Of a DNA stretch of 64,000 bases, positions 17,842 through 26,772 are shown one piece after another; the first letter of the stretch is position 1, and the number at the start of each line of letters is the position of its first letter. This stretch comes from Phycisphaerales bacterium (GTDB lineage Bacteria > Planctomycetota > Phycisphaerae > Phycisphaerales > UBA1924). The translations under genes and the position numbers were made by a program. The notes below the pieces were generated by a model. It was not told where the DNA came from. It ran no database searches and saw only the letters and a list, made by a program, of their open reading frames with translations. The stretch lies in contig OZ245777.1 in the NCBI GenBank assembly GCA_965227775.1, positions 512,001 to 576,000 on the forward strand. Direction: 5' to 3'.

Positions 17842-19734
17842 ATGCGCATCCTGATCTCCAACCCGGACACCATCGGCGACGTCGTCTTGCGCGAGCCGCT
17901 CTTTCGTGCGCTGGCGGAGGCCGGGCACGAGCTGGCACTGATTGTGAGTCCGCTGGTGCAGCCGATCGCTCGGGCGGTTGCCCCGACGGCCCGACTGATC
18001 GAGCTGCCCTTCAACGTGTACGACGGGAAACTCGATGCCGAAGACGAGCGGCTTGACCCGCTCGTTGAAACGGTGGCCGAATTCGATCCCGAGGTGATCA
18101 TCGGCGCACCGTTCACGTGGACGCTCCTCGAAGAGCGGCTGTGCGCGGCGTTCCCCGACGCCCGGAGCATCGGCCAGGCGGGCGGCAAGTTCCTCGACCC
18201 GGGTGTGGGCCGCGACGGCGCAACACCCGAGCCGTTCGACGAGGTCGTTCGCGTGAACGAAGACCTGCACGAACTGCGCAAGACTGAAGCGCTGGCGCGT
18301 GCCATGCTGGGCTCAGGCGTCCATCTTGATGAGCCCCGGCTCGTGCTCGATGACGAGTTGCAGACCTCTGCGGACGCCGTGCTCGGTCGTCTTGAGCTCG
18401 AGCGAGGATCGTTCGTGGCCGCATGCGTGGGCCATCACGAGTACACCGCCGTTCGCAACTGGCGGCCCGAGCGATGGGCCGAGGCGCTTTCGCACTGGAT
18501 GGAGCGATACGAGCGGCCGGTACTGCTGCTGGGGGCCGCGGGCGAGGCCGAGGTCGCACGCACGATCGGCGATGCGCTCGAGACGAAGGGCCTCGAACCG
18601 AGGCACTGGTTCGGCGGGCCCGAGGGCGACACGCTGCTGCTCGCGGCGTTGCTCGACGCGTCGCGTGGGTACGTCGGGCGAGACACCGGGCCGATGCACC
18701 TGGCCGCGGCGCTTGGCAAGCCTGTGCTGGCTGTCTTCGGCGGAGGCACGTGGCCCCGATTCCGGCCGCTCGTCAAGCCGAGCGTGTCAATCACGCTTTC
18801 GGTGCCGTGCTCTCCGTGCGATTGGCGCTGCGAGCAGCGTCGCTCGCATTGCGTCAAGGACGTACCAGTGAGCGCCGTGACGGCGCAGATCGATCTGCTC
18901 GAAGCCGGGAAGATCGAGAGCGCCGACGTCGTGCAGATCGAACCCAGCCGGGCGATGCTCGTGGGCATGGCGGGCGATGCGGCCCGCGCGGCCCAGCAGT
19001 ATCGCGCCGAGCTGTCGGTGGCCCGCCGAACGATCGCGAAGAAGGACCAAGAATCTCGGAGGAAGACGATGAGCGAGAACGCAGTCATGCAGCGGCTCGA
19101 CAGGCTCGAGCAAGCACTGCGAGATTCGAAGTCCAACGAAGCGGAGCGGCGAGCGAGCGAGGTTGCCCAGAAGCTCACGCAGAACACGCAGGCGCTCGAG
19201 CAGGCACGCAAAGAACTCGCCCGGGCCGTCGAGCGGGCCAATGAGGCAGACCAGAACACGTCGAGCCTGAAGGCCGAGATCGAGAAGCTGCGTTCGCAGC
19301 TCGGCGAGACACGCCAACAGCTCGAAGCTTCCGAGGCCAAGGCGGCCCGGGCAGAAGAAGCTCGTACGCAGATCGCAATGCAGCGCGATGCTGCCGAGCA
19401 CGAGGCCGCGGACCTGCGCGCGAAGTACACGGGCGTCGATATCCCCAAGCTGCGCGCCGATCTGTCGAACGCGCGCCGGCTGGTTGGAACGCTGCAGGGC
19501 CAAAGCAACGACTTGCGGCTGCGTGCCGACCAGTTGCTGGAAGAGCGCCGAGCCATGGAGAAGCTGGCCGACCAGCGGCTGGTGGCGATGCACAACCTCG
19601 AGAACAAGCTGGGTGAGTTGCTGGCCAGCCGGTGGCGGCAGATGGGCCAGCGACTGCATGTCGCGATGGTGCTGCCGTGGGAAGACGCCGAGCGGCGCCG
19701 CCTGCTGGGTACGGGCACGAACGGGCAGCACTAG
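17842..19734 (+). CDS. Glycosyltransferase family 9 (heptosyltransferase-like) fused to a long coiled coil
   Basis: IGDVVL, RNWRPERW, DTGPMHLAAALGKP, CSPC...C...C; about 230-aa heptad-rich C-terminus. Confidence 0.88.
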   Translation: MRILISNPDTIGDVVLREPLFRALAEAGHELALIVSPLVQPIARAVAPTARLIELPFNVYDGKLDAEDERLDPLVETVAEFDPEVIIGAPFTWTLLEERLCAAFPDARSIGQAGGKFLDPGVGRDGATPEPFDEVVRVNEDLHELRKTEALARAMLGSGVHLDEPRLVLDDELQTSADAVLGRLELERGSFVAACVGHHEYTAVRNWRPERWAEALSHWMERYERPVLLLGAAGEAEVARTIGDALETKGLEPRHWFGGPEGDTLLLAALLDASRGYVGRDTGPMHLAAALGKPVLAVFGGGTWPRFRPLVKPSVSITLSVPCSPCDWRCEQRRSHCVKDVPVSAVTAQIDLLEAGKIESADVVQIEPSRAMLVGMAGDAARAAQQYRAELSVARRTIAKKDQESRRKTMSENAVMQRLDRLEQALRDSKSNEAERRASEVAQKLTQNTQALEQARKELARAVERANEADQNTSSLKAEIEKLRSQLGETRQQLEASEAKAARAEEARTQIAMQRDAAEHEAADLRAKYTGVDIPKLRADLSNARRLVGTLQGQSNDLRLRADQLLEERRAMEKLADQRLVAMHNLENKLGELLASRWRQMGQRLHVAMVLPWEDAERRRLLGTGTNGQH

Positions 19735-19740
19735 GGCCGC

Positions 19741-22700
19741 ATGACGCAAGCCGACCGGGATTCTGAAGGGGAGCGATCGATGAGCACGACCCGCACCACG
19801 AGCACGGGACTGTTGCACCAAGCCCGGCGACTTACTGAGAACGCACGCGCGTTGGATGCTGGCGCAACACTGACCGACGCGCTCGAGGCGGCATTGGAAG
19901 GCGAACAGGGCGTCGTGCTCGTAGGCGGTGAGCCGCAAGGCGAGGTGCTGCGCGCGCTCGAGGCTGCGTGCGGCGAGCGGGGATGGCAGGCGTACATCGC
20001 AACAGGTATTGCCGAAGCCGCCAAGGGAGTTACCGACAAGCTGCGCCGAGCCGTGATCGTCGAGCACAACGCGGTGGAGTTCCTCCGCACGCTGCCGGTG
20101 AAGCCCTGTGTCTCGATCTTGAATGGAGAGATTGCACTCTCGGCCGTCGCGGACGCGAGCTGCGATGGTGGTCTTGCAATCGTCTTGGGTGGGCACACCG
20201 AGGGAAACACCCAGTGGGACTTGGTACGCCCAGGCGATGGATTCGCGCTTCTCGCACGCGCGAGTTCGGCGTCGGGCGTCATGCCCGTGCGACTCGATGA
20301 CGAAGTGTTCGGGCGCCTGAGCGACCTGACCCGTCGTGCGCTGAGCGAGGGCCCGACGCCCGCGCCTGAAGCAACCATGCGTACGCCGGCGGTTGTGGCG
20401 CCTGCTGGTTTCGGGAGCCACAAGACACGGCACGAGCTCGTCAAGATGGTGACGCACGCACGCGACGTGCTGGTGCCGAAGCGCGATCGGCGCTTGCTCA
20501 AGGACCTCAGCCGATGGCCGTGGGTGGTGCCGCAAGGCAAACCGCTGCCGCCGACCATGCCTGATGGCTCACCATGGCCCAAGATCTCGATCGTGACGCC
20601 TACATACAACCAGGGTCACTTTATCGAAGAGACGATCCTCTCGATCATCCACCAGGGGTACCCGAACCTCGAGCACATCCTGATGGATGGCAAGTCAACT
20701 GATGACACCATGGAGGTTGTCGATCGGTACCGGGACCACTTCTCGGTGATCGTGTCTGAGAAGGACGATGGCCAGAGCGACGCTATCAACAAGGGCTTCG
20801 AACGCGCTACCGGCGACATCTTCACCTGGATCAACAGCGACGACATGGTTGCACCCGGCGCCCTTGCCGCCGCCGCCATCGCCTTCAAGACGAGCGGGGC
20901 CGACTTCATCAATGGCATCTCGCAGGTGTTCCGCGAGGATCGCATGGTGCACCAGTGCATCACCAGTTGCGGCGAGGGGCCGATGCCGCTCCAGGACATG
21001 CTCGACCTGGAGAACTGCTGGCTGACCGGCCAGTTCTGGTGGCAGCCCGACTGCTTCTTCACGAAGGACCTGTGGGACCGGGCCGGCTCGCACGTTCGTG
21101 TCGACTGGTATTACTCGATGGACTACGAGCTGTGGCTTCGGATGGCCCAAGCGGGCGCACGCGTGCACAGCATCGGGCGGCCCATCGTGTGGTTCCGTAC
21201 GCACGAAGACCAGAAGACCAGCGAGGGCGATGGCGGCGGGTTCAAGGGCGAACTTCCCAAGGTCGTCATCGACCACTGCGAGAAGCACGGCATCGTGCGC
21301 GAGGAACGGCCGAAGGAGCAGGTCAAGCAGCGGCTTCGCGTGGCGTTCTTCAACGACGTGGGTTTCGAGTACGGCGCGGGCATCGCGCACAAGCGGCTGG
21401 CCCAGGCATTCGCGCTTGCTGGTCACGAGGTGCACGCCGTCGCCGCGACGCACCCGGAGCCCATCCGCGAGCACCCATCGGTGAGCGCGGGCGACGTGCT
21501 AACGGCGCTCAAGGGCATCGACCCAGACCTGGTCGTCATCGGCAATGTGCACGGCGCCGACGTTTCGCCGGAGGTGCTCGGTGCCATCGCGGCCGAACAC
21601 GAGACCGTGTTCCTGATGCACGACATGTGGCTGCTGACCGGCAAACAGACGTATACCGCGGACAGCACGCACCACCTCGATGGCACGGTATCGGAGGAAG
21701 CCATCAAGGCGACCTATCCGAGGCTGCCCGCCGACCGCATCCGCTGGTCGTGGGAGACGAATCGACGCTTCCTGACCGGCTCCGATCGGTTGACGGTGCT
21801 CACAAATAGCCGTTGGCTGGCCCACCGGACCGAGGAAGCGCTCGAGCAGCCCAACACGCAAGAGAACGGCCAGGCGGCGTTCGACCTCGGCGGGCGTACG
21901 TCGGTGCTGCCGATCGCGCTGGGATTGGATACCAAGATCTTCAAGCCCCGCGACAAGGCGACCTGCCGCGATGCGCTCGGCCTCCCGCAGGATGACTTCT
22001 TGATCATGGCCTCGGCGTGCTCGCTCGATGACGAGCGCAAGGGCATTGCGCACCTTGCCAAGGCGTTGAAGCAGCTCAACCTACCCGATGCCACGGTCGT
22101 CGGCGTGGGCTACGTGCCGCCGAACGCCAAGCCGCCGATCCCGGGCATGCGCGCGATGGGCTACATGCGCGACCCACAGCAGCTCGCGATGCTCTACTCG
22201 GCCTGCGACCTCTTCGTTGCACCGAGCACCGACGAAGCGTTTGGCCAGGTGTTCATCGAGGCGGCGGCGTGCGGCACACCGGCGATCGGCTTCCCCGTGG
22301 GCGGCGTGCCCGAAGCCGTCACGCACGGCGTCACCGGATTGGTCGCACGCGAGGTGTCGGCGGAAGCGCTGGCCGAGGCGATCGACACGCTCTACCGCGA
22401 CGACGCATACCGACGCAACCTCGGTCAGTGGGCCCGCATCCACGCCGAGAACGAGTGGAGTCTGTTCACGAGTTACCAGCGGATTCACGTCGCCCTGACG
22501 CAGAGCGGGGCCGGCAAGCGCATCGGCCTGAGTCGCAAGATCGACTTTACGCGACCCGCGCCGGTTCCCGAGCAGGCAACGCTCTTGCCCACGACCGGCC
22601 CGGCGTACGAGCCGCGCTTCGGCTTCGATCACTGGGAGGGGCCGAACCAGGATCAGAATCTTGGCCGATTCCGCTGGCTCCGTGGCACTTCGGCCGCGGT

Positions 22701-22971
22701 GCTTCATGCACACAAGGCGGGCTCGGCCAAGCTCGCGATCACCTGTCGAAACCTGCACAAGGGCCAGCGGCTGCGCGTCGTGCTCAATGGCTCGGTCGTG
22801 CACGAGGATTCGATTCCCGTGACGGCGCCGCGAACCGACCACGCGCTGACGCTGCCCGTGAAGGTCTCCCAGGGCGCGAACCACCTGCAACTGCACTTGT
22901 GGAAGTGGAACCAGGCGCAGGGCCGGCCAATCGCGCTCATGCTGACGGATCTACGGCTGATCGAAGACTGA
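19741..22971 (+). CDS. Multi-domain glycosyltransferase (GT2 + GT4)
   Basis: KISIVTPTYNQG...DGKSTD...GQSDAINKG...WINSDD (GT2); LYSACDLFVAPS..EAFGQVFIEAAACGTP (GT4). Confidence 0.92.
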   Translation: MTQADRDSEGERSMSTTRTTSTGLLHQARRLTENARALDAGATLTDALEAALEGEQGVVLVGGEPQGEVLRALEAACGERGWQAYIATGIAEAAKGVTDKLRRAVIVEHNAVEFLRTLPVKPCVSILNGEIALSAVADASCDGGLAIVLGGHTEGNTQWDLVRPGDGFALLARASSASGVMPVRLDDEVFGRLSDLTRRALSEGPTPAPEATMRTPAVVAPAGFGSHKTRHELVKMVTHARDVLVPKRDRRLLKDLSRWPWVVPQGKPLPPTMPDGSPWPKISIVTPTYNQGHFIEETILSIIHQGYPNLEHILMDGKSTDDTMEVVDRYRDHFSVIVSEKDDGQSDAINKGFERATGDIFTWINSDDMVAPGALAAAAIAFKTSGADFINGISQVFREDRMVHQCITSCGEGPMPLQDMLDLENCWLTGQFWWQPDCFFTKDLWDRAGSHVRVDWYYSMDYELWLRMAQAGARVHSIGRPIVWFRTHEDQKTSEGDGGGFKGELPKVVIDHCEKHGIVREERPKEQVKQRLRVAFFNDVGFEYGAGIAHKRLAQAFALAGHEVHAVAATHPEPIREHPSVSAGDVLTALKGIDPDLVVIGNVHGADVSPEVLGAIAAEHETVFLMHDMWLLTGKQTYTADSTHHLDGTVSEEAIKATYPRLPADRIRWSWETNRRFLTGSDRLTVLTNSRWLAHRTEEALEQPNTQENGQAAFDLGGRTSVLPIALGLDTKIFKPRDKATCRDALGLPQDDFLIMASACSLDDERKGIAHLAKALKQLNLPDATVVGVGYVPPNAKPPIPGMRAMGYMRDPQQLAMLYSACDLFVAPSTDEAFGQVFIEAAACGTPAIGFPVGGVPEAVTHGVTGLVAREVSAEALAEAIDTLYRDDAYRRNLGQWARIHAENEWSLFTSYQRIHVALTQSGAGKRIGLSRKIDFTRPAPVPEQATLLPTTGPAYEPRFGFDHWEGPNQDQNLGRFRWLRGTSAAVLHAHKAGSAKLAITCRNLHKGQRLRVVLNGSVVHEDSIPVTAPRTDHALTLPVKVSQGANHLQLHLWKWNQAQGRPIALMLTDLRLIED

Positions 22972-22979
22972 CACCACCG

Positions 22980-23753
22980 CTAGATCACGTCGCGAATCTC
23001 AGAGCGCGCCGCCCGCAATGCGAGCAGGCCCAGCGTCATGAACACCACGGCCCAGCCGAGCGCCGCGGGCAGCAGCCACAAGTCTGGCATGCGGCCCTCG
23101 AGCATCATCTGGCGTCCGGCTTCGAGCGCGGGGTATGCGGGGTTGTACGGCAATACCGCTTGGGCAGCCTTCGGCAAGATCTCGGGCTTGTACACCATCG
23201 GGTATGCCCAGAAGCCGATCATCATGACGATGCGGATGACCTCGGTCATGTCCTTCACGAAAGGCACGACGGCCGCACCAAGAGCGCCAACGCCGAAGCC
23301 CAGGAGCAGGAGCAGCATGAATGGCACGGGCGCGAGCAGCCAGTACGCGTTGGGCACGAAACCGAACGGGATCGCCGCAATCGCAAGGATGGCGTAGCTG
23401 ATCGCCAGGCTTATGGCCGCCGAAACCACGGTCTGCGCGACGAACGCGCTCTCAGGGATCGGGAGCTTACGAAGGTACTGCGAGTTCGCGACGACGGCCT
23501 GGCTGCCCCGGGTGACCGTCTCGGCGAACGCGAGCCACGGCAGCATGGCGCTGCACAGGTAGATCACGTACGGCGCGTCACCCGTGCCCTCGCGGCTCAT
23601 GATGTTCGCAAAAACGAGCGAGTAAATCAGGATCATCGAGAGCGGCTGGATGATGTTCCACAGCACGCCAGCACTCGCGCCGGCGTAGCGGTGCCGCACG
23701 TCGGAGAGCGCGGTCCGCCAGATATAGGAAGCATGGGGCAGCAGTTCGAGCAT
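22980..23753 (-). CDS. ABC-2 polysaccharide export permease (Wzm/RfbA-like)
   Basis: DVRHRYAGASAGVLWNIIQPL, YLCSAMLPW, YPMVY, YNP; start moved to ATG 23753. Confidence 0.88.
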   Translation of the reverse strand: MLELLPHASYIWRTALSDVRHRYAGASAGVLWNIIQPLSMILIYSLVFANIMSREGTGDAPYVIYLCSAMLPWLAFAETVTRGSQAVVANSQYLRKLPIPESAFVAQTVVSAAISLAISYAILAIAAIPFGFVPNAYWLLAPVPFMLLLLLGFGVGALGAAVVPFVKDMTEVIRIVMMIGFWAYPMVYKPEILPKAAQAVLPYNPAYPALEAGRQMMLEGRMPDLWLLPAALGWAVVFMTLGLLALRAARSEIRDVI

Positions 23754-23767
23754 GGCGATAGTCCCGG

Positions 23768-24340
23768 TCAGTCCCCGTGCTTCGCGCGCAGCTTCGTGCT
23801 CAGGCGGCAGACGAGCTGCGCTCGCTCGGTCTCGTTGATCCAATCCTGCAGCGTGGCGGCGATCTCGTCTTCGGGCACGGGCGCGCCAGGCAGCGGGCAC
23901 GAGGCGCCGAGCTGCCGATCAGCGATAGCCCGGTACCGCGTCAGCGAGCGATCGCCGTACATCGACACGAAATCGAACTCCTCATTCAGAAACAACACGA
24001 CCGGCACACGATTGCCATCATTGATGACCAATCGTTGGGCAAGGTCCATGTGCTCGTCGCGATCGAGCACTCGCAGCTCGATGAGGTCGGGGCGCAGGCC
24101 CGCAATCGCGTCGAGCATGGTCACCTGCTGAACGCAGTCGCCGCACCACGTGCCGCTGACGCAGAGCACGTGCATCCGGCGCTTGAAGCCCTGAAAGAGC
24201 TCTCGTTGGGCGTCGGTGGTCTGCACTTGCTGGCGGAAGTCGTTCCAGGCGTGCCGGTGGTTGTCGCGGCCGGTCGCGACGTAGTCGTCGTAGCGCAGGC
24301 CTTCTTTGAACTTCTCTCGCAGGAACGTTGTTTCGATCAT
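23768..24340 (-). CDS. Thioredoxin family protein (WCGDC)
   Basis: SGTWCGDC active site; GNRVPVVLF; start at ATG 24340. Confidence 0.88.
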   Translation of the reverse strand: MIETTFLREKFKEGLRYDDYVATGRDNHRHAWNDFRQQVQTTDAQRELFQGFKRRMHVLCVSGTWCGDCVQQVTMLDAIAGLRPDLIELRVLDRDEHMDLAQRLVINDGNRVPVVLFLNEEFDFVSMYGDRSLTRYRAIADRQLGASCPLPGAPVPEDEIAATLQDWINETERAQLVCRLSTKLRAKHGD

Positions 24341-24840
24341 GCAGTGACGATACGCGCAGGGCGCTGTGTGCCGCACTCGGGGCAGGCTTCCCCCACAACT
24401 CCCGAGAGGTCGTAGCCACAGGCAAGGCACGCTGGCGTGCGAACGCACCGCCGGGCCTCGCGACCGACAACGGCGTACTGCGCGGCGAATGCGGCGGCGG
24501 TGCCGATCAGCCAGGCCGGCCCGAAGCCGAGGATGGCTGAAGCGAGCAGCGGGTACACCGTGATGCCAAATGGCCCGGTCGACTCGGTGCTGGCGACGGA
24601 GCCATCCGGATTGAAAGTCGTGACCTGCTGATAGACCGTCGAGACGGCCTCCACGAAGCCAAGCCATCCGCCCGCCCCAGCGATGAACGCCGCCGAGATC
24701 ACCACGATCTGGGGCATGCGACGCCTTGCCAGCAGGGGCTTGAGGGTGCGCCGAGCCTCGCGCGTGGACAGGCCGGTTTCCCGGGCGACGGCCATAGCGG
24801 GCGCCACGGCCCAGAACGGTCGGGAAGCTGCTCGATTCAT
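24337..24840 (-). CDS. Membrane protein with C-terminal zinc ribbon
   Basis: Two TM segments; CLACGYDLSG...CPECG; stop overlaps the thioredoxin ATG. Confidence 0.75.
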   Translation of the reverse strand: MNRAASRPFWAVAPAMAVARETGLSTREARRTLKPLLARRRMPQIVVISAAFIAGAGGWLGFVEAVSTVYQQVTTFNPDGSVASTESTGPFGITVYPLLASAILGFGPAWLIGTAAAFAAQYAVVGREARRCVRTPACLACGYDLSGVVGEACPECGTQRPARIVTA

Positions 24841-24858
24841 GCGATGGTGATTGGGAAG

Positions 24859-24931
24859 TGGAGCGGAAGAGATTCGAACTCTCGACCTCATCATTGCGAA
24901 CGATGCGCTCTACCAACTGAGCTACCGCCCC
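24859..24931 (-). tRNA. tRNA-Ala (CGC)
   Basis: GGGGCGGTAGCTCAGTTGGTAGAGCGCATCGTT-CGC-AATGATGAGGTCGAGAGTTCGAATCTCTTCCGCTCCA; G3:U70 pair; CCA not encoded. Confidence 0.96.
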
Positions 24932-25176
24932 TCGCAGCCGAGCCCTCGGGCTCGCGCGGGCGGAGTATAGGGCGGCCACCGTTCTGCATCAGAACGCGCT
25001 CATATAGACCGATAACTTTCACTTGGTGCTCACTTTGATGAACAGTTTTCTGGCGCACGCGGGATCAGTTGCCGTTATATTGGCTAGTACTAACTAAACA
25101 CCTGTGCGTCCGGTCGGGGCGGGCCGTGGAGGGACGGCCCGACCCGGCCGAGGCCGCAGGCACGATCGTGAGGGTG

Positions 25177-25422
25177 ATGACGATGGACGATCGAAGTGGA
25201 CGAATCGAACGCTTGCGCTGCCGCACCGCGGTGCTCGGCATGATGGGCCTGACCGCCGCAGCGTTACTGCTCTCCGGTTGCTCCTCCCACTACCACTACG
25301 GCTACGGGAGCCACGGATACGGGAGCTACTCGTACGGCCACTGCGGCGGCGGGGGAGACGCCGGACTGTGGCTGCTGCTGGTGTATGGCGCCGCCGGCAT
25401 CCTGCACTGGTGTTTCAACTAG
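25177..25422 (+). CDS. Small His/Tyr/Gly-rich putative lipoprotein
   Basis: LLLSGC lipobox, then SSHYHYGYGSHGYGSYSYGHC and a C-terminal hydrophobic helix; start uncertain. Confidence 0.55.
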   Translation: MTMDDRSGRIERLRCRTAVLGMMGLTAAALLLSGCSSHYHYGYGSHGYGSYSYGHCGGGGDAGLWLLLVYGAAGILHWCFN

Positions 25423-25432
25423 CGGACGCGCA

Positions 25433-26701
25433 TCAGTTGATGTAGAAGATCGAGCGGAACAGGTCGTCGCCGAACGTGTCCTCCATGTCTTGCCAGAGCT
25501 CGTCGCGGGTGACCGGCCGGTCGTCAACGGGCACAAGGTAGGGCGCGGCGGCCGATCCCTGCACCCAGTAGAACACGTCGAAGTCTCTCGGCTGCTCGAA
25601 GAAGGCCCGCACGTCGATGCCCTGGGTCCCATCGCCGCGCCAGAACCGCAGCAGCTTCTCGCCTTCCAGCAACGCCTCGGCCTCGTCGAGCAGGTCGAGC
25701 CACATGGCGACCTGTGGCTCGCCGAGTTCGACGCCGCGCATCGCGGGCGACTGGTGCGGGGCGGGCAGCCACTCGCGGTCGTCGTCCGTCTCGGCCCGGG
25801 CGCTCTTCCACATCTCGCGGCTATGGCCGATGGCGTTGAGCAGGTGCTGGCGCGCCCGAGACATGCGCTCCTGTCCGTCGGCCGCGAGCGGGAAATCGAG
25901 GCTGCCGGCGAACGCAAGGATATCCGATACGTCGATGTCCATGCCGGTCGGGTCGAGCGGCTTGTTCTGCATCAGGAACGGATACGGCGTCTTGGGCTTG
26001 GGAAAGTAGAGGTGCGCGCAGCGGTCGAACATCTCGCGGTTGTCGTAGGCCAGCATGATCTCGCCTGCAGCCATGAGCACGTCGTTGTACGCGCGCAGCC
26101 AGTGCAGGTCGGTCGCATCGAGCCCGAGCACGAACGATCGCTGCTCCTGCGGGATATTGATGCCGTTGCGAAAGACGATCGCGAACGCGCGCGCCGGCTC
26201 TTCCTCGCGCGACGCGTTGCCGTCGCCGTTGAAGTCCAGCGGGATTTCGGCCATGTCGAGGCGGAGCTTCCAGTCGCCGTCGGTCGGAACCGCGTTGAGC
26301 AGATCATCGGCCTCGCCAAGGTCGTCGAGCCAGCGTTGCATGATGCTGCGCACGTCCTCGGCGGTGACTTCCTTGGGGTCGGGGTTCATGCCCGCCTGCA
26401 TCATGCCACGGAACATCATGATGCTGCCGGCGCGGATGGGCTGGCCCGCGCCGTACTCATACAACCGCTGGACGGCGTGCTCGCCGCTACGGAAGAAGAC
26501 CGCCAGCGCGTGCGCGAATCGCGTGCGAGCGTCGGCGTCGCCGCCCTCGACCCGGGCGCCAAGCGTTTCCACAGCGATGCTGAGCGTCGCTCCCTCGGCG
26601 TTGAACGCGTCGGTAACTGGGTCGATGGCAGTGTTTGCGTGGGCGTGCGTGGCGACAAGGCACCCGCACAGGCCCAGGAAGCGTCCGGCTCGGATACGCA
26701 T
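25433..26701 (-). CDS. Secreted hypothetical protein
   Basis: GGAGG RBS; signal peptide (AHA); long ORF with typical codon bias; ETDDDREWLPAP motif. Confidence 0.8.
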   Translation of the reverse strand: MRIRAGRFLGLCGCLVATHAHANTAIDPVTDAFNAEGATLSIAVETLGARVEGGDADARTRFAHALAVFFRSGEHAVQRLYEYGAGQPIRAGSIMMFRGMMQAGMNPDPKEVTAEDVRSIMQRWLDDLGEADDLLNAVPTDGDWKLRLDMAEIPLDFNGDGNASREEEPARAFAIVFRNGINIPQEQRSFVLGLDATDLHWLRAYNDVLMAAGEIMLAYDNREMFDRCAHLYFPKPKTPYPFLMQNKPLDPTGMDIDVSDILAFAGSLDFPLAADGQERMSRARQHLLNAIGHSREMWKSARAETDDDREWLPAPHQSPAMRGVELGEPQVAMWLDLLDEAEALLEGEKLLRFWRGDGTQGIDVRAFFEQPRDFDVFYWVQGSAAAPYLVPVDDRPVTRDELWQDMEDTFGDDLFRSIFYIN

Positions 26702-26772
26702 GGTTTCATCCTCCCTCGAGTTGGTCGCCCGATCCCGCGCATCCGCGCTCGTGGGCGTGTACCGTGGATGTT

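Noticed and set aside
24859..24931. tRNA-Ala or tRNA-Cys as integration sites
   Set aside because: No integrase and no duplicated tRNA 3' end seen in the window
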